Positions 10,707-19,127 of a stretch of DNA of 64,000 bases are shown one piece after another. The notes beneath the pieces were generated by a model. That model worked only from the letters and a program-made list of their open reading frames with translations. It was not told where the DNA came from and did no database searches. Each line of letters starts with the position of its first letter. Within the stretch, counting starts at the first letter, position 1. The stretch is from Candidatus Heimdallarchaeum endolithica (GTDB lineage: Archaea; Asgardarchaeota; Heimdallarchaeia; Heimdallarchaeales; Heimdallarchaeaceae), in NCBI GenBank assembly GCA_021513715.1, contig CP084167.1, positions 2,016,001-2,080,000 on the forward strand, written 5' to 3'. The position numbers were made by a program, and so were the translations under genes.

Positions 10707-11609
10707 CTACCTTTTTCGCTTCTTATTGGCTAACAACAAACCTGCAACGATAATTGGGGACATAATAGCAATTCCCCAAGGATATGGAGTTTCAGTTAGA
10801 GTTGGAGTTGATGTGGAGGTTGGTGTAGGTGTTACTTCACTAGGTTTATCCCATGCATATTTGATATCAACGTTAAACGGACTTTGATAGCCAAAATCAT
10901 CTGTAGCTATTGAGCGTATTTTTAAGATTAAGGCATTAAATATACCTACCTCTGCATCAAATGATAATGTAAGATTTAATTTAAAGTCAGTAAGGTTCGT
11001 TGGTAATTGCATTGGAAATCCCATTCCACTTCCAAGTGAACCAGTAAGTTGCGTTATTAGTTCTTCTTCTACTTTAGGAGTATATAGGTCGATTTTTAGA
11101 GAGAGAAGTTCGGTATCTAAAAGTGAATAAATAGCAATAATTGTATCATTGCTCATAGAGGTTGTATTCAAGAGTTCATCAAAGTCACCAAACATTGTAG
11201 AAGTTTGATTTACCAATTCACCTAGATAATTTAGATAGTCCGTTGAATCAAATTGAAGAGGTAAAGCAACAGGTAATCCAACAGGAAGAATAAATGTACC
11301 ATTTTCATTAGTCGTTACCTCGAAATTTGTCGAGTTTGTGGATAATAATTCATCGTTTGTAGCATTATAAACATTGTAAGTGTAGCCAGTATCATTCAAT
11401 TCCGTGAATTTTACGTAGATATTAAATTGTGCTTTTACAAATTTGGTATAATCTGTATCAGCGATACTGAAATTTAAGAGTTCGAAATTATATTCTTTAT
11501 CTACTTCTACACCCCAAGTTGCTGCTGCACTTGCAGGATTAATAACTAGCGGACTTAAAGTAAGAATAAATAGAACCATAAATAGATATTTTTTTTCCAT
11601 TCTAATCAC
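10707..11609 (-). CDS. Secreted/surface protein with C-terminal membrane anchor
   Basis: Signal peptide, WGVEV start of mature domain, many N-x-S/T sequons, Thr/Pro linker, TPYP + TM helix + KKRKR tail. Confidence 0.7.
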   Translation of the reverse strand: MIRMEKKYLFMVLFILTLSPLVINPASAAATWGVEVDKEYNFELLNFSIADTDYTKFVKAQFNIYVKFTELNDTGYTYNVYNATNDELLSTNSTNFEVTTNENGTFILPVGLPVALPLQFDSTDYLNYLGELVNQTSTMFGDFDELLNTTSMSNDTIIAIYSLLDTELLSLKIDLYTPKVEEELITQLTGSLGSGMGFPMQLPTNLTDFKLNLTLSFDAEVGIFNALILKIRSIATDDFGYQSPFNVDIKYAWDKPSEVTPTPTSTSTPTLTETPYPWGIAIMSPIIVAGLLLANKKRKR

Positions 11610-11647
11610 TGTTTAATATTTATGTAAAAAACTAATTAAAAAGGTAT

Positions 11648-13459
11648 TTATTCAAAAGAAATTGAATTTGTCAAGTTTTTTGCTAAATTTAAAACTTGAA
11701 CCGCTGTTTGCTCATCTACTTTAAGTAATTTCATTATTTCATCAATAGATGCAGCCCCTATATCCTGTAAATTATCGAAATAGGTGTTTAACAATACAGC
11801 TTTTTTTGGTCCTATTCCCTTTATTTGTTCAAACACAGAACGACCTAATTTTCTTGTTCTCAGTTGTTTTGAGTATTGAATGGCAAAACGGTGAGCTTCA
11901 TCTCTTATTCGTTGAAGAAGTTTCAACACTTCAGATTCTCTTGGAAGAACTACAGGATTTGTATCCCATGGAACAAAAAGTTCTTCCTCTTTCTTTGCTA
12001 TTGAAACCAAGGGTAAGTCCAACTTTAATTCTTTTAATACTTTAACTGCAACATTAAGTTGGCCTTTTCCTCCATCAAGTAAAATTAGATCAGGTTGTGG
12101 TTCTTCAAAATCATTATAATTTGAATAATGTCTTTTTAACACTTCATGCATCATAGCATAGTCATTTGGGTCAGTATATTCTTTTCTTATTTTAAATCGT
12201 TTATAAAATCTTTTTTCAGGTTTCCCATTCTTGAACACAACACATGAGCCGGTTGAGTGTTTTCCTCCAAGAGTAGAAATGTCATATCCGTGTATAATTA
12301 TTGGGAGTTTAGGAAGTTTTAGAATTACTTTCATATCTTCCAATACGTTTTTGATGTTTTTCTCACGAGTTTTTGAGGTAAAATAACGTGCAATCTCGTT
12401 AAAAGCGTTTCTTTTTGCTATAGTATATACATCTTTCAATATTTTACTATCAGGAGTAATTAGTTTTATCTTTAGATCATTTTGGGTTTTTTTAATGAAA
12501 ACCTCATCTACAACTAAACGGTCTATCTCAGAAGGATCAGTACCTATTAAAGACAATAAATTAGAGAGAGAAAAATTTTTACTTCTTGCTTCAAGAACAA
12601 TAGAATCTGAGATTATGCGATTAATTCTTTTATTTTTAATTTCAATTTTACAGAAGGATAACACTTCTTGCTCTTCTCTGGTTGCTATTACAACCATATC
12701 ATCCACGTCAAAATTGTTTTCTTTCTGAATCGAAACTATTTTTCTAACAGAATTTATTAAATCACGTAGAACTGCAGCACGTTCAAAATTTTCTTTTTTT
12801 CCTTCTTCCCACATCTCCTTTTCCAAAGAATCTAGAAGTGCGCCCACATTTCCTTCTAGAAAGTTTATCACATTTTCAACTATCTGATTATATTTCTCTG
12901 AGCTCACACTCTTATCACAAGCAATACATTGACCTAGTCTTTTACGCATACATCGGTTTACACTTTTCTTTTCTCTATACTTGTATAATTTTTCACCACA
13001 ATTAGCTATAGGAAATAGTTTCAAAACTAGTTTTACTGTATCCCTTAGTTTCCTGTCGTATCCATAAGGACCAAAATAGATGCTCCCTTCTACGTGAGGG
13101 TCTGTTTCTCTTACTACATATAATTGAGGAAATGGTTCCTCTTTACTAATACGGATAAGGAGAGAGGATTTATCATCCTTACTTCTAACATTTAGTTTAG
13201 GTTTAATATCTTTAATCAATCTCCTTTCAAGCAATATAGCTTCTGTTTCTGTTCTTGTTTCCAAAAAATCTATATTGTAAGCTTGTTCTTGAATCGCTCG
13301 TTCTTTCTTTATTTCTAAAGATGTTTCAGAAAAATGTTGTTTAACTCTATCTTTTAGATTTTTAGCTTTTCCGATATAGATCACATTTCCCTCTGAATCT
13401 TTGATCAAATATACACCAGGACCAGTAGGTAATCTTTCTATATCAGAAACAATATTCAT
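11648..13459 (-). CDS. uvrC: Excinuclease ABC subunit C
   Basis: GIY-YIG (PGVYLI...IYIGKAKNL), UVR domain, YDISTL, DLILLDGGKGQL, RIRDEAHRFA, HhH. Confidence 0.95.
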   Translation of the reverse strand: MNIVSDIERLPTGPGVYLIKDSEGNVIYIGKAKNLKDRVKQHFSETSLEIKKERAIQEQAYNIDFLETRTETEAILLERRLIKDIKPKLNVRSKDDKSSLLIRISKEEPFPQLYVVRETDPHVEGSIYFGPYGYDRKLRDTVKLVLKLFPIANCGEKLYKYREKKSVNRCMRKRLGQCIACDKSVSSEKYNQIVENVINFLEGNVGALLDSLEKEMWEEGKKENFERAAVLRDLINSVRKIVSIQKENNFDVDDMVVIATREEQEVLSFCKIEIKNKRINRIISDSIVLEARSKNFSLSNLLSLIGTDPSEIDRLVVDEVFIKKTQNDLKIKLITPDSKILKDVYTIAKRNAFNEIARYFTSKTREKNIKNVLEDMKVILKLPKLPIIIHGYDISTLGGKHSTGSCVVFKNGKPEKRFYKRFKIRKEYTDPNDYAMMHEVLKRHYSNYNDFEEPQPDLILLDGGKGQLNVAVKVLKELKLDLPLVSIAKKEEELFVPWDTNPVVLPRESEVLKLLQRIRDEAHRFAIQYSKQLRTRKLGRSVFEQIKGIGPKKAVLLNTYFDNLQDIGAASIDEIMKLLKVDEQTAVQVLNLAKNLTNSISFE

Positions 13460-15438
13460 ATTCTATCAACCTGCTTCTCAATTTCACGTATCTTATCTCG
13501 GTAAATAGCAGCTTTTTCAAATTCTAAGTTAGCAGCAGCTTCTGCCATTTTCTCTTTTAGTTCATTGATAATAACCATTATCTCTTCTACTGTAAGTTCA
13601 CTTCTATCAATAGTTATCTCTTCTTCTTCCTCCTTTTGAGACACTTGCATTAAAGTTTCTACTATGGATTTCACTTCTTTCTTTATTGTTTGAGGGTTAA
13701 TTCCATGTTTTCGATTATATTCTATCTGTATTCTTCTTCGTCTGTTATTCTCAAATATAGCTTCTTTCATAGAATCTGTAATTTTATCAGCATACAAAAT
13801 AACACTCCCGCTAACGTTTCTACTTGCTCTACCCATTAATTGAATTAGAGAGCTTTTAGATCTTAGAAAACCTTCTTTATCTGCATCAAGAATAGCGACT
13901 AACCCTACTTCCGGAAGGTCTAGTCCTTCACGAAGAAGATTAATCCCAACTATGACATCATACTTTCCGATTCTTAAGTCCCTTAATATGTTTATTCTGT
14001 CTAATGTATCTACTTCATGATGTAAATAGACAGAGTTGATTCCGTTATCAATTAAATAATCCGAAAGCATCTCAGCGTTGTCTTTTGTTAATGTGGTAAC
14101 AAGTACTCTATCGCCCTTCCTAACTTGTTTTTTTATTTCTCCTAATAGGTCATCTATTTGCCCTTCTGTTTTTCTTACTTCAATTTTAGGATCTACAAGC
14201 CCCGTGGGTCTAATAATCTGCTCCACTATCTGTTCAGAGTGCTCAATTTCATAAGGCCCGGGAGTTGCACTAGTAAAGATGACTTTTTTCATATATTTCT
14301 TAAATTCATCAAATTTTAAAGGTCTATTATCAAAAGCGCTAGGTAATCTAAAACCATAATCCACTAGATTCTTCTTTCGAGAATAGTCTCCACCAAACAT
14401 TCCTTTTATTTGTGGAATAGTAAGATGACTCTCATCAATTACCAAAAGAAAATCATCAGGCATATGATCCATCAGAGTATAAGGAGGTTCTCCTTTTTTT
14501 CTTCTGTCTAAATGACGAGAATAATTTTCAATTCCAGGACAATATTTTGTCTCTCTTAGTAATTCTAGATCATATTTCGTCCGTTGTTTGAGCCTTTGGT
14601 ATTCAACAAGTTTACCTTGACTTTTTAATTCAGCCAATCGTTCTTCCAGCTCTTGTTCTATATCAGCTAAAGCTTGGTCAAATAAATTATCACGAGTAAG
14701 ATAATGTGTGCCAGGATAAAAAGTGAGTTCTTGGAATTCACGAACTTGGTTATATGTAACAGGATCTCTGGAAGTTAATCTTTCTATTTCATCTCCGAAA
14801 AATTCTACACGATAAATATAATCTCCATACTGAGGAAAAATGTCGATAGTGTCTCCCCGAACCCTAAATTTTCCTCTAGTTAGATTAATATCGTTACGTT
14901 CATATCGGTTATTGATGAGTTGTGACATTAACTTTTCTCTATCAAATTCTTGTCCAACAACAAGCTCTAAACGCTTTGCTCGATAGATTGCAGGGTCTCC
15001 AATACCATAAATACAACTAACAGAAGCAACAACTATCACGTCATCGCGAGTAGCTAATGCTTCGGTGGCAGAATGGCGTAAGCGTTCAATTTCTTCGTTA
15101 ATATCAAAATCTTTCTCAATAAGAAGATCCTTGGAAGGAAGATAAGCTTCAGGTTGATAATAATCATAAAAACTAACAAAATACTCAACACGAGCTGAAG
15201 GAAAAAGAACTTTAAACTCACCATAAAGTTGAGCAGCGAGAGTTTTGTTAGGGGCAATAACCAAAGTGGGAAGTTTAAGACGGTCAATGACCCATGCTAT
15301 GCTGTCAGTCTTGCCACTGCCTGTGGTACCTAAAAGTGTCTGTAGTTTGTACCCTTTTTTTATTCCTTCTACTAATTGCTCAATTGCTTTTGGTTGGTCT
15401 CCTTTAGGAGTAAAAGGAGTTTCGATATTTAATGGCAT
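13456..15438 (-). CDS. uvrB: Excinuclease ABC subunit B
   Basis: GTTGSGKT, YDYYQPEAY, DESH, GINLLREGLDLPEV, C-terminal UVR domain. Confidence 0.97.
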   Translation of the reverse strand: MPLNIETPFTPKGDQPKAIEQLVEGIKKGYKLQTLLGTTGSGKTDSIAWVIDRLKLPTLVIAPNKTLAAQLYGEFKVLFPSARVEYFVSFYDYYQPEAYLPSKDLLIEKDFDINEEIERLRHSATEALATRDDVIVVASVSCIYGIGDPAIYRAKRLELVVGQEFDREKLMSQLINNRYERNDINLTRGKFRVRGDTIDIFPQYGDYIYRVEFFGDEIERLTSRDPVTYNQVREFQELTFYPGTHYLTRDNLFDQALADIEQELEERLAELKSQGKLVEYQRLKQRTKYDLELLRETKYCPGIENYSRHLDRRKKGEPPYTLMDHMPDDFLLVIDESHLTIPQIKGMFGGDYSRKKNLVDYGFRLPSAFDNRPLKFDEFKKYMKKVIFTSATPGPYEIEHSEQIVEQIIRPTGLVDPKIEVRKTEGQIDDLLGEIKKQVRKGDRVLVTTLTKDNAEMLSDYLIDNGINSVYLHHEVDTLDRINILRDLRIGKYDVIVGINLLREGLDLPEVGLVAILDADKEGFLRSKSSLIQLMGRASRNVSGSVILYADKITDSMKEAIFENNRRRRIQIEYNRKHGINPQTIKKEVKSIVETLMQVSQKEEEEEITIDRSELTVEEIMVIINELKEKMAEAAANLEFEKAAIYRDKIREIEKQVDRI

Positions 15439-15490
15439 CTATATTATCATCCCTTTTTATTTGAAAAATATATTTATTGATTCAGAATTA

Positions 15491-15697
15491 TTTACATTAT
15501 AAACTAATTTATGATTTACTTTTTTACGTAAAGTTTTTCGCACTCTGTCTTGCAAGAGAGGAAACAAGTAAAAGTTTAATCTCTTGAACTCAACCAAGCC
15601 ATACAATGCTATGAAGGGGTTGAGACAGACATCATACACGAAGCGTGGGAATCATAAAGAAGAAAAGAAAGTTTTTCTTTCTTTTCTTCACTCCACG
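15491..15697 (-). ncRNA. Predicted TnpB omega-RNA (scaffold 15697-15511, guide about 15510-15491)
   Basis: Directly downstream of tnpB; multiple stems (GAAAAGAAAG/CTTTCTTTTC, CACG/CGTG, TCTGTCT/AGACAGA, CTCAACC/GGTTGAG, CAAGAGA/TCTCTTG, ATGATT/AATCAT); conserved in a second copy. Confidence 0.72.
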
Positions 15698-17365
15698 AGA
15701 GACAAAAAAGAAAGAGAGAAAACTAACTCTAACACAAGAGGAGAGAATTAGTCCTTTCCTTTTTTGTCTACTGGGGCTGCAACCAATGGCTGAGTCCTAG
15801 GCAAACAGTGAAATGAGTAGAACTGTATCGCTGACCAGTGAGGTAATCAGTAATAGTTGTTCCTCGAGGACGAAAAAGAGCACCAAGGAACTTAAGAGCG
15901 ATATTTATTGCTCCTGTGAGGTCAGAGTGGAAAGTGTAGTTGCAAGAGGGGCAATGGACTAAACCTCTAACGGGACGGATAACTTTCCTCCCACAACGAG
16001 CACAGTGAGAAGATGTTCCTCTTTCCTCCACAGTTAATATTCGGTGAGGTTCAAAACCTCGAAGTATCAATGCCCGACGGAGAAGAGTAAGAACAAGGTA
16101 AAAATTCCATTGATGAAGTTTCCTGCGAAAATTACGAGTACTTTTACCTTTTCCTTTCTCCTCACGAACATGTTTAGGGTAACCTACAACGACGAAAAGG
16201 TCATACACTTGTGCATAAGTTTCTATCGTATGCACAACTTCACTTATAAATTGGTGAATATAGGCTCGTTTAACGTTTTTATATCTTCTTCGGAGAAGAC
16301 CGAGAAAACGGTAAAGTTGGTGTTTTTTACCCGACTGGTCGTTTAAAGCTGCTTTCCTCTGAAGACGGGAAAGTTTGAGTTTATATCTATGATTGACTCT
16401 ATTCCACTGTTTGGTATACCAGAACTTTATCTCTTTGTTTGTTAATTTCTTTTTAGGGGTCAGTAACACTCCTGCAGCAGGAATGTTTATCCCTAGATCT
16501 ATTCCCAGCACAGCTGGAGGAAGAGAAGAAGAATTATCTTCTTTAGTAGGATAAAAGGAAGAAGGAAGAACTCTTAGTTGGAAATACACCCACCACTCAC
16601 GTGTAGAACGTTTATATCTTAGTTCTAAACTTTTTATTCTTCCTTTCTTTAACTCTTTCTGGTGGAAAGTGCTCATCTCTAAAGGTAACCATAGTTTCTG
16701 GTGGTAAGGGGTGTTTCTTTTCCACGTATCCAACGAGTCTCTTATCCCCACCCACCAACGAGTGAGAGTGTTATTCTTCTCTTTAGGTAAATGAACGAGA
16801 ATGAACCTCTTTGCATTAATTAGTTGTCTTCTCGCTCTCTTTATTGGAGGACGAGTAGGACTGGGTCTATACCCTTGCTCATATAGTTGAACAGCTATAT
16901 CTCTACATTCTTGGAATTCATTGTGAGAACAATAAGGGAACATTTTCTTAAGATCGTGAGGAACAGTCTTTCTTCTCTCTTTTTCTTTAACTTTTGAAGT
17001 CGTTAGCGTCAGTTCATCTAATTTTCCTCTATGTACTCTTATTTTCCCTTTTTTAGTTTTAGCACATATTTTTCTTCTATTGTGGTGTATTATTCTCACA
17101 TACTTTTCTATTATCCTCGTGTCTCTCCCCGTTATTCTCCTTAACCTTTCCTTCTTCCTCGTCGTCAATACCTCCTTCTTTATTCTCACTTTCAAGGTTT
17201 TGACGACGTCCTCCACCATCTTTCTCTTTTCTCCTTCTTTCCTCTTTTTTGTTTCTTCTTCTCTTTTTATTTTACTTTTTTTCCCTATAAAAACCCCTCT
17301 CCTTCCTCTCTTCTCTTTTTCCTCTCCTTCTTCCTCAACAACTGTAAATTACGTAAAAAATAGAA
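15511..17365 (-). mobile_element. tnpB-only (non-autonomous) IS200/IS605- or IS607-related element
   Basis: tnpB without tnpA; right end set by where homology to the second copy stops (...AAATCAT, nt 15511); TTACGTAA palindrome near both ends (about 15524-15531 and 17349-17356); left boundary approximate. Confidence 0.7.
15768..17219 (-). CDS. tnpB: RNA-guided endonuclease TnpB
   Basis: RuvC-I LGIDLGI, RuvC-II VVVGYP with alternative Glu in VEERGTS, zinc finger CARC...CPSC, RuvC-III HSDLTGAINIA. Confidence 0.9.
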   Translation of the reverse strand: MVEDVVKTLKVRIKKEVLTTRKKERLRRITGRDTRIIEKYVRIIHHNRRKICAKTKKGKIRVHRGKLDELTLTTSKVKEKERRKTVPHDLKKMFPYCSHNEFQECRDIAVQLYEQGYRPSPTRPPIKRARRQLINAKRFILVHLPKEKNNTLTRWWVGIRDSLDTWKRNTPYHQKLWLPLEMSTFHQKELKKGRIKSLELRYKRSTREWWVYFQLRVLPSSFYPTKEDNSSSLPPAVLGIDLGINIPAAGVLLTPKKKLTNKEIKFWYTKQWNRVNHRYKLKLSRLQRKAALNDQSGKKHQLYRFLGLLRRRYKNVKRAYIHQFISEVVHTIETYAQVYDLFVVVGYPKHVREEKGKGKSTRNFRRKLHQWNFYLVLTLLRRALILRGFEPHRILTVEERGTSSHCARCGRKVIRPVRGLVHCPSCNYTFHSDLTGAINIALKFLGALFRPRGTTITDYLTGQRYSSTHFTVCLGLSHWLQPQ

Positions 17366-17421
17366 GCATGTTAGCCCAAAAGATAATAAAATTAATATAA
17401 ATTAGAGTACATGTCTAAAAT

Positions 17422-17868
17422 GTGAGTTTGGGTAATAACAATCAGGATGAAACGATTTTTCTTTCTCTTGAGGGGATTTTGACAATTACCTTAATTGGAT
17501 TATATTTGTTTTTGTACATCAGATATACTCCCACTGTATTATGCATTATATACCCAATAGAAATAACTTATATCTTGTTCTTTTCTATTACAACACTATT
17601 AGCTCTGTCTAATACCTATAATATCACTATCTACCTTTGGAAATTTAGTAAAATCGTATCAAACATGTTCATCCTAAGAATAATTAATTTTGTTATTAGT
17701 CTAACTTTAACATTAATTTATCTTATTTGGCATAGTAAAGGATGTGGAAATTTAAGAACAATACAGCTATTACTCGTTAAATTGATACCTTTCTGTATTG
17801 GTTCTCTGTTTCCTATTCTACTTTTACTGCTAATTAAAGAGATCCTTGCACATAAAAATAAGACATGA
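17422..17868 (+). CDS. Hypothetical membrane protein (about 4 TM)
   Basis: 148-aa hydrophobic ORF with no recognisable motif. Confidence 0.45.
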   Translation: MSLGNNNQDETIFLSLEGILTITLIGLYLFLYIRYTPTVLCIIYPIEITYILFFSITTLLALSNTYNITIYLWKFSKIVSNMFILRIINFVISLTLTLIYLIWHSKGCGNLRTIQLLLVKLIPFCIGSLFPILLLLLIKEILAHKNKT

Positions 17869-18029
17869 AAATATTATTACATTCAAGCTAGGAGAACATT
17901 TTTGAGCAATTAGAAAAAAACTAATACAAACATTCTATTTAAGTTAGTGAAAGTGCTAGAAAGAGAAAGTGCCTATAAACACTCATTTCAGGGTATAGTT
18001 GCAGTTTTAACCATTCAGCTTAATAACTC

Positions 18030-18345
18030 GTTCCAGTGGAAATAAAACAATCACCATCTAATAAGGGGTTCTTTACAATAAGAAAGTAACAAATAATAAT
18101 ATACCACCTTTCAATAACGTATATTAGACATCCATAATAAAATTAGGAGTTATAAGCTATATTATTCAAGAATATAACATTTTATAAAATAAATTCAAAC
18201 ATTGCAGTAAAATTGCAGTGGAAATTGCAGTAAATCTGCAGAGAAATTGCAGTAAAAAAGAAATAATGCAAGAATAAAGGTCAAAAGTATAAATGCACAT
18301 CATGATTTATAAAATATCAAAAAAAGTTGCAGTGAAATTGCAGTA
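18030..18345 (+). repeat. ORB core plus tandem mini-ORB-like array (candidate Orc1/Cdc6 binding region)
   Basis: GTTCCAGTGGAAAT at 18030-18043; (T/C)TGCAG units at 18202, 18213, 18225, 18236, 18247, 18327 and 18338 (11-12 nt period), with an AT-rich spacer. Confidence 0.6.
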
Positions 18346-18377
18346 GACAAGAAGTAAAAAATAGATGGTGATTAAAT

Positions 18378-19127
18378 TCAACTATTTAAAGGAAAATAAA
18401 GAGGATAAATTATTTTTGCAAAGTTCTTATAGACTGGAACTCGATAATCGTATTGTTCAATTAATGAAGTTAATCTGATTATCTCAAATTCTGAATACGG
18501 TTTCATTCCTGGAAATTGCTCTGGATCTCCGTAATCTAGGATTTTATAGATTACCTCGTCCAATTCATTTAACTCTAAATAAACTTGAATTAATAAGTGG
18601 ATGTGAGGAGTTAGGAGTTCAACTTTCTTTTCTTCTTCAACTGAATTAACTATTCGCAATATTGAAAAGATCACTGCTCTTCGTGTGATGTAATCTTTTG
18701 AGTAAACCACTTCTTTCAAAGAAGATAAAATGTCAACGTCATCAAGATAACCTATTGCTCTAATAGCTGCATATTGTAAATCATAATCACTTTCTTCAAT
18801 AATTTTTTTGATAAAATCTTTCGAGGAATAGTCTCTTAACTGTCCCAGGATTTCTAATACAGACAGTTTTGTAGCTAAGGATCTCTTTTCAAGTAATTGA
18901 TGAAGCTTTAGTAGGATTTCCTCTTTTTTTTCTGGATAAAGATTAACGAGTTTAATTATAGTCAATGCTGTAGCGTTTCTTACATTCCAATCCTTGTCAC
19001 TTAAAAGTGGCAAAAGATTATTGATGTCCTTGTCTTTCCCCTTCTTTCTTAAAAAAAGAACAGCTTTTAGTCTATCTAAGTCTATTTCGCTTCCTAATTT
19101 TTTTATCATTAACCATCTTTTAAACAT
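18378..19127 (-). CDS. HEAT-repeat protein
   Basis: LSDKDWNVRNATALTI, YDLQYAAIRAIG, DYITRRAVI repeats; overlaps upstream gene by 8 nt. Confidence 0.8.
   Translation of the reverse strand: MFKRWLMIKKLGSEIDLDRLKAVLFLRKKGKDKDINNLLPLLSDKDWNVRNATALTIIKLVNLYPEKKEEILLKLHQLLEKRSLATKLSVLEILGQLRDYSSKDFIKKIIEESDYDLQYAAIRAIGYLDDVDILSSLKEVVYSKDYITRRAVIFSILRIVNSVEEEKKVELLTPHIHLLIQVYLELNELDEVIYKILDYGDPEQFPGMKPYSEFEIIRLTSLIEQYDYRVPVYKNFAKIIYPLYFPLNS

Noticed and set aside
15457-15639. 60-aa ORF downstream of tnpB
   Set aside because: Overlaps the structured omega-RNA and crosses the element boundary; its ATG is not conserved in the second copy
15768-17219. TnpB as a nuclease-dead TldR-like regulator
   Set aside because: The missing RuvC-II Glu appears compensated by the alternative Glu; both Asp residues are intact
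15520-17360. TTACGTAA at both ends as a target-site duplication
   Set aside because: Homology between the two omega-RNA copies extends about 13 nt beyond it (to AAATCAT), so it is internal to the element end
17080-17400. 106-aa plus-strand ORF as tnpA
   Set aside because: No HUH/Y1 or serine-recombinase motifs; pyrimidine-rich low-complexity antisense frame
18196-18345. Repeat array as a CRISPR locus
   Set aside because: Units are about 11 nt and contiguous, with no unique spacers and no cas genes
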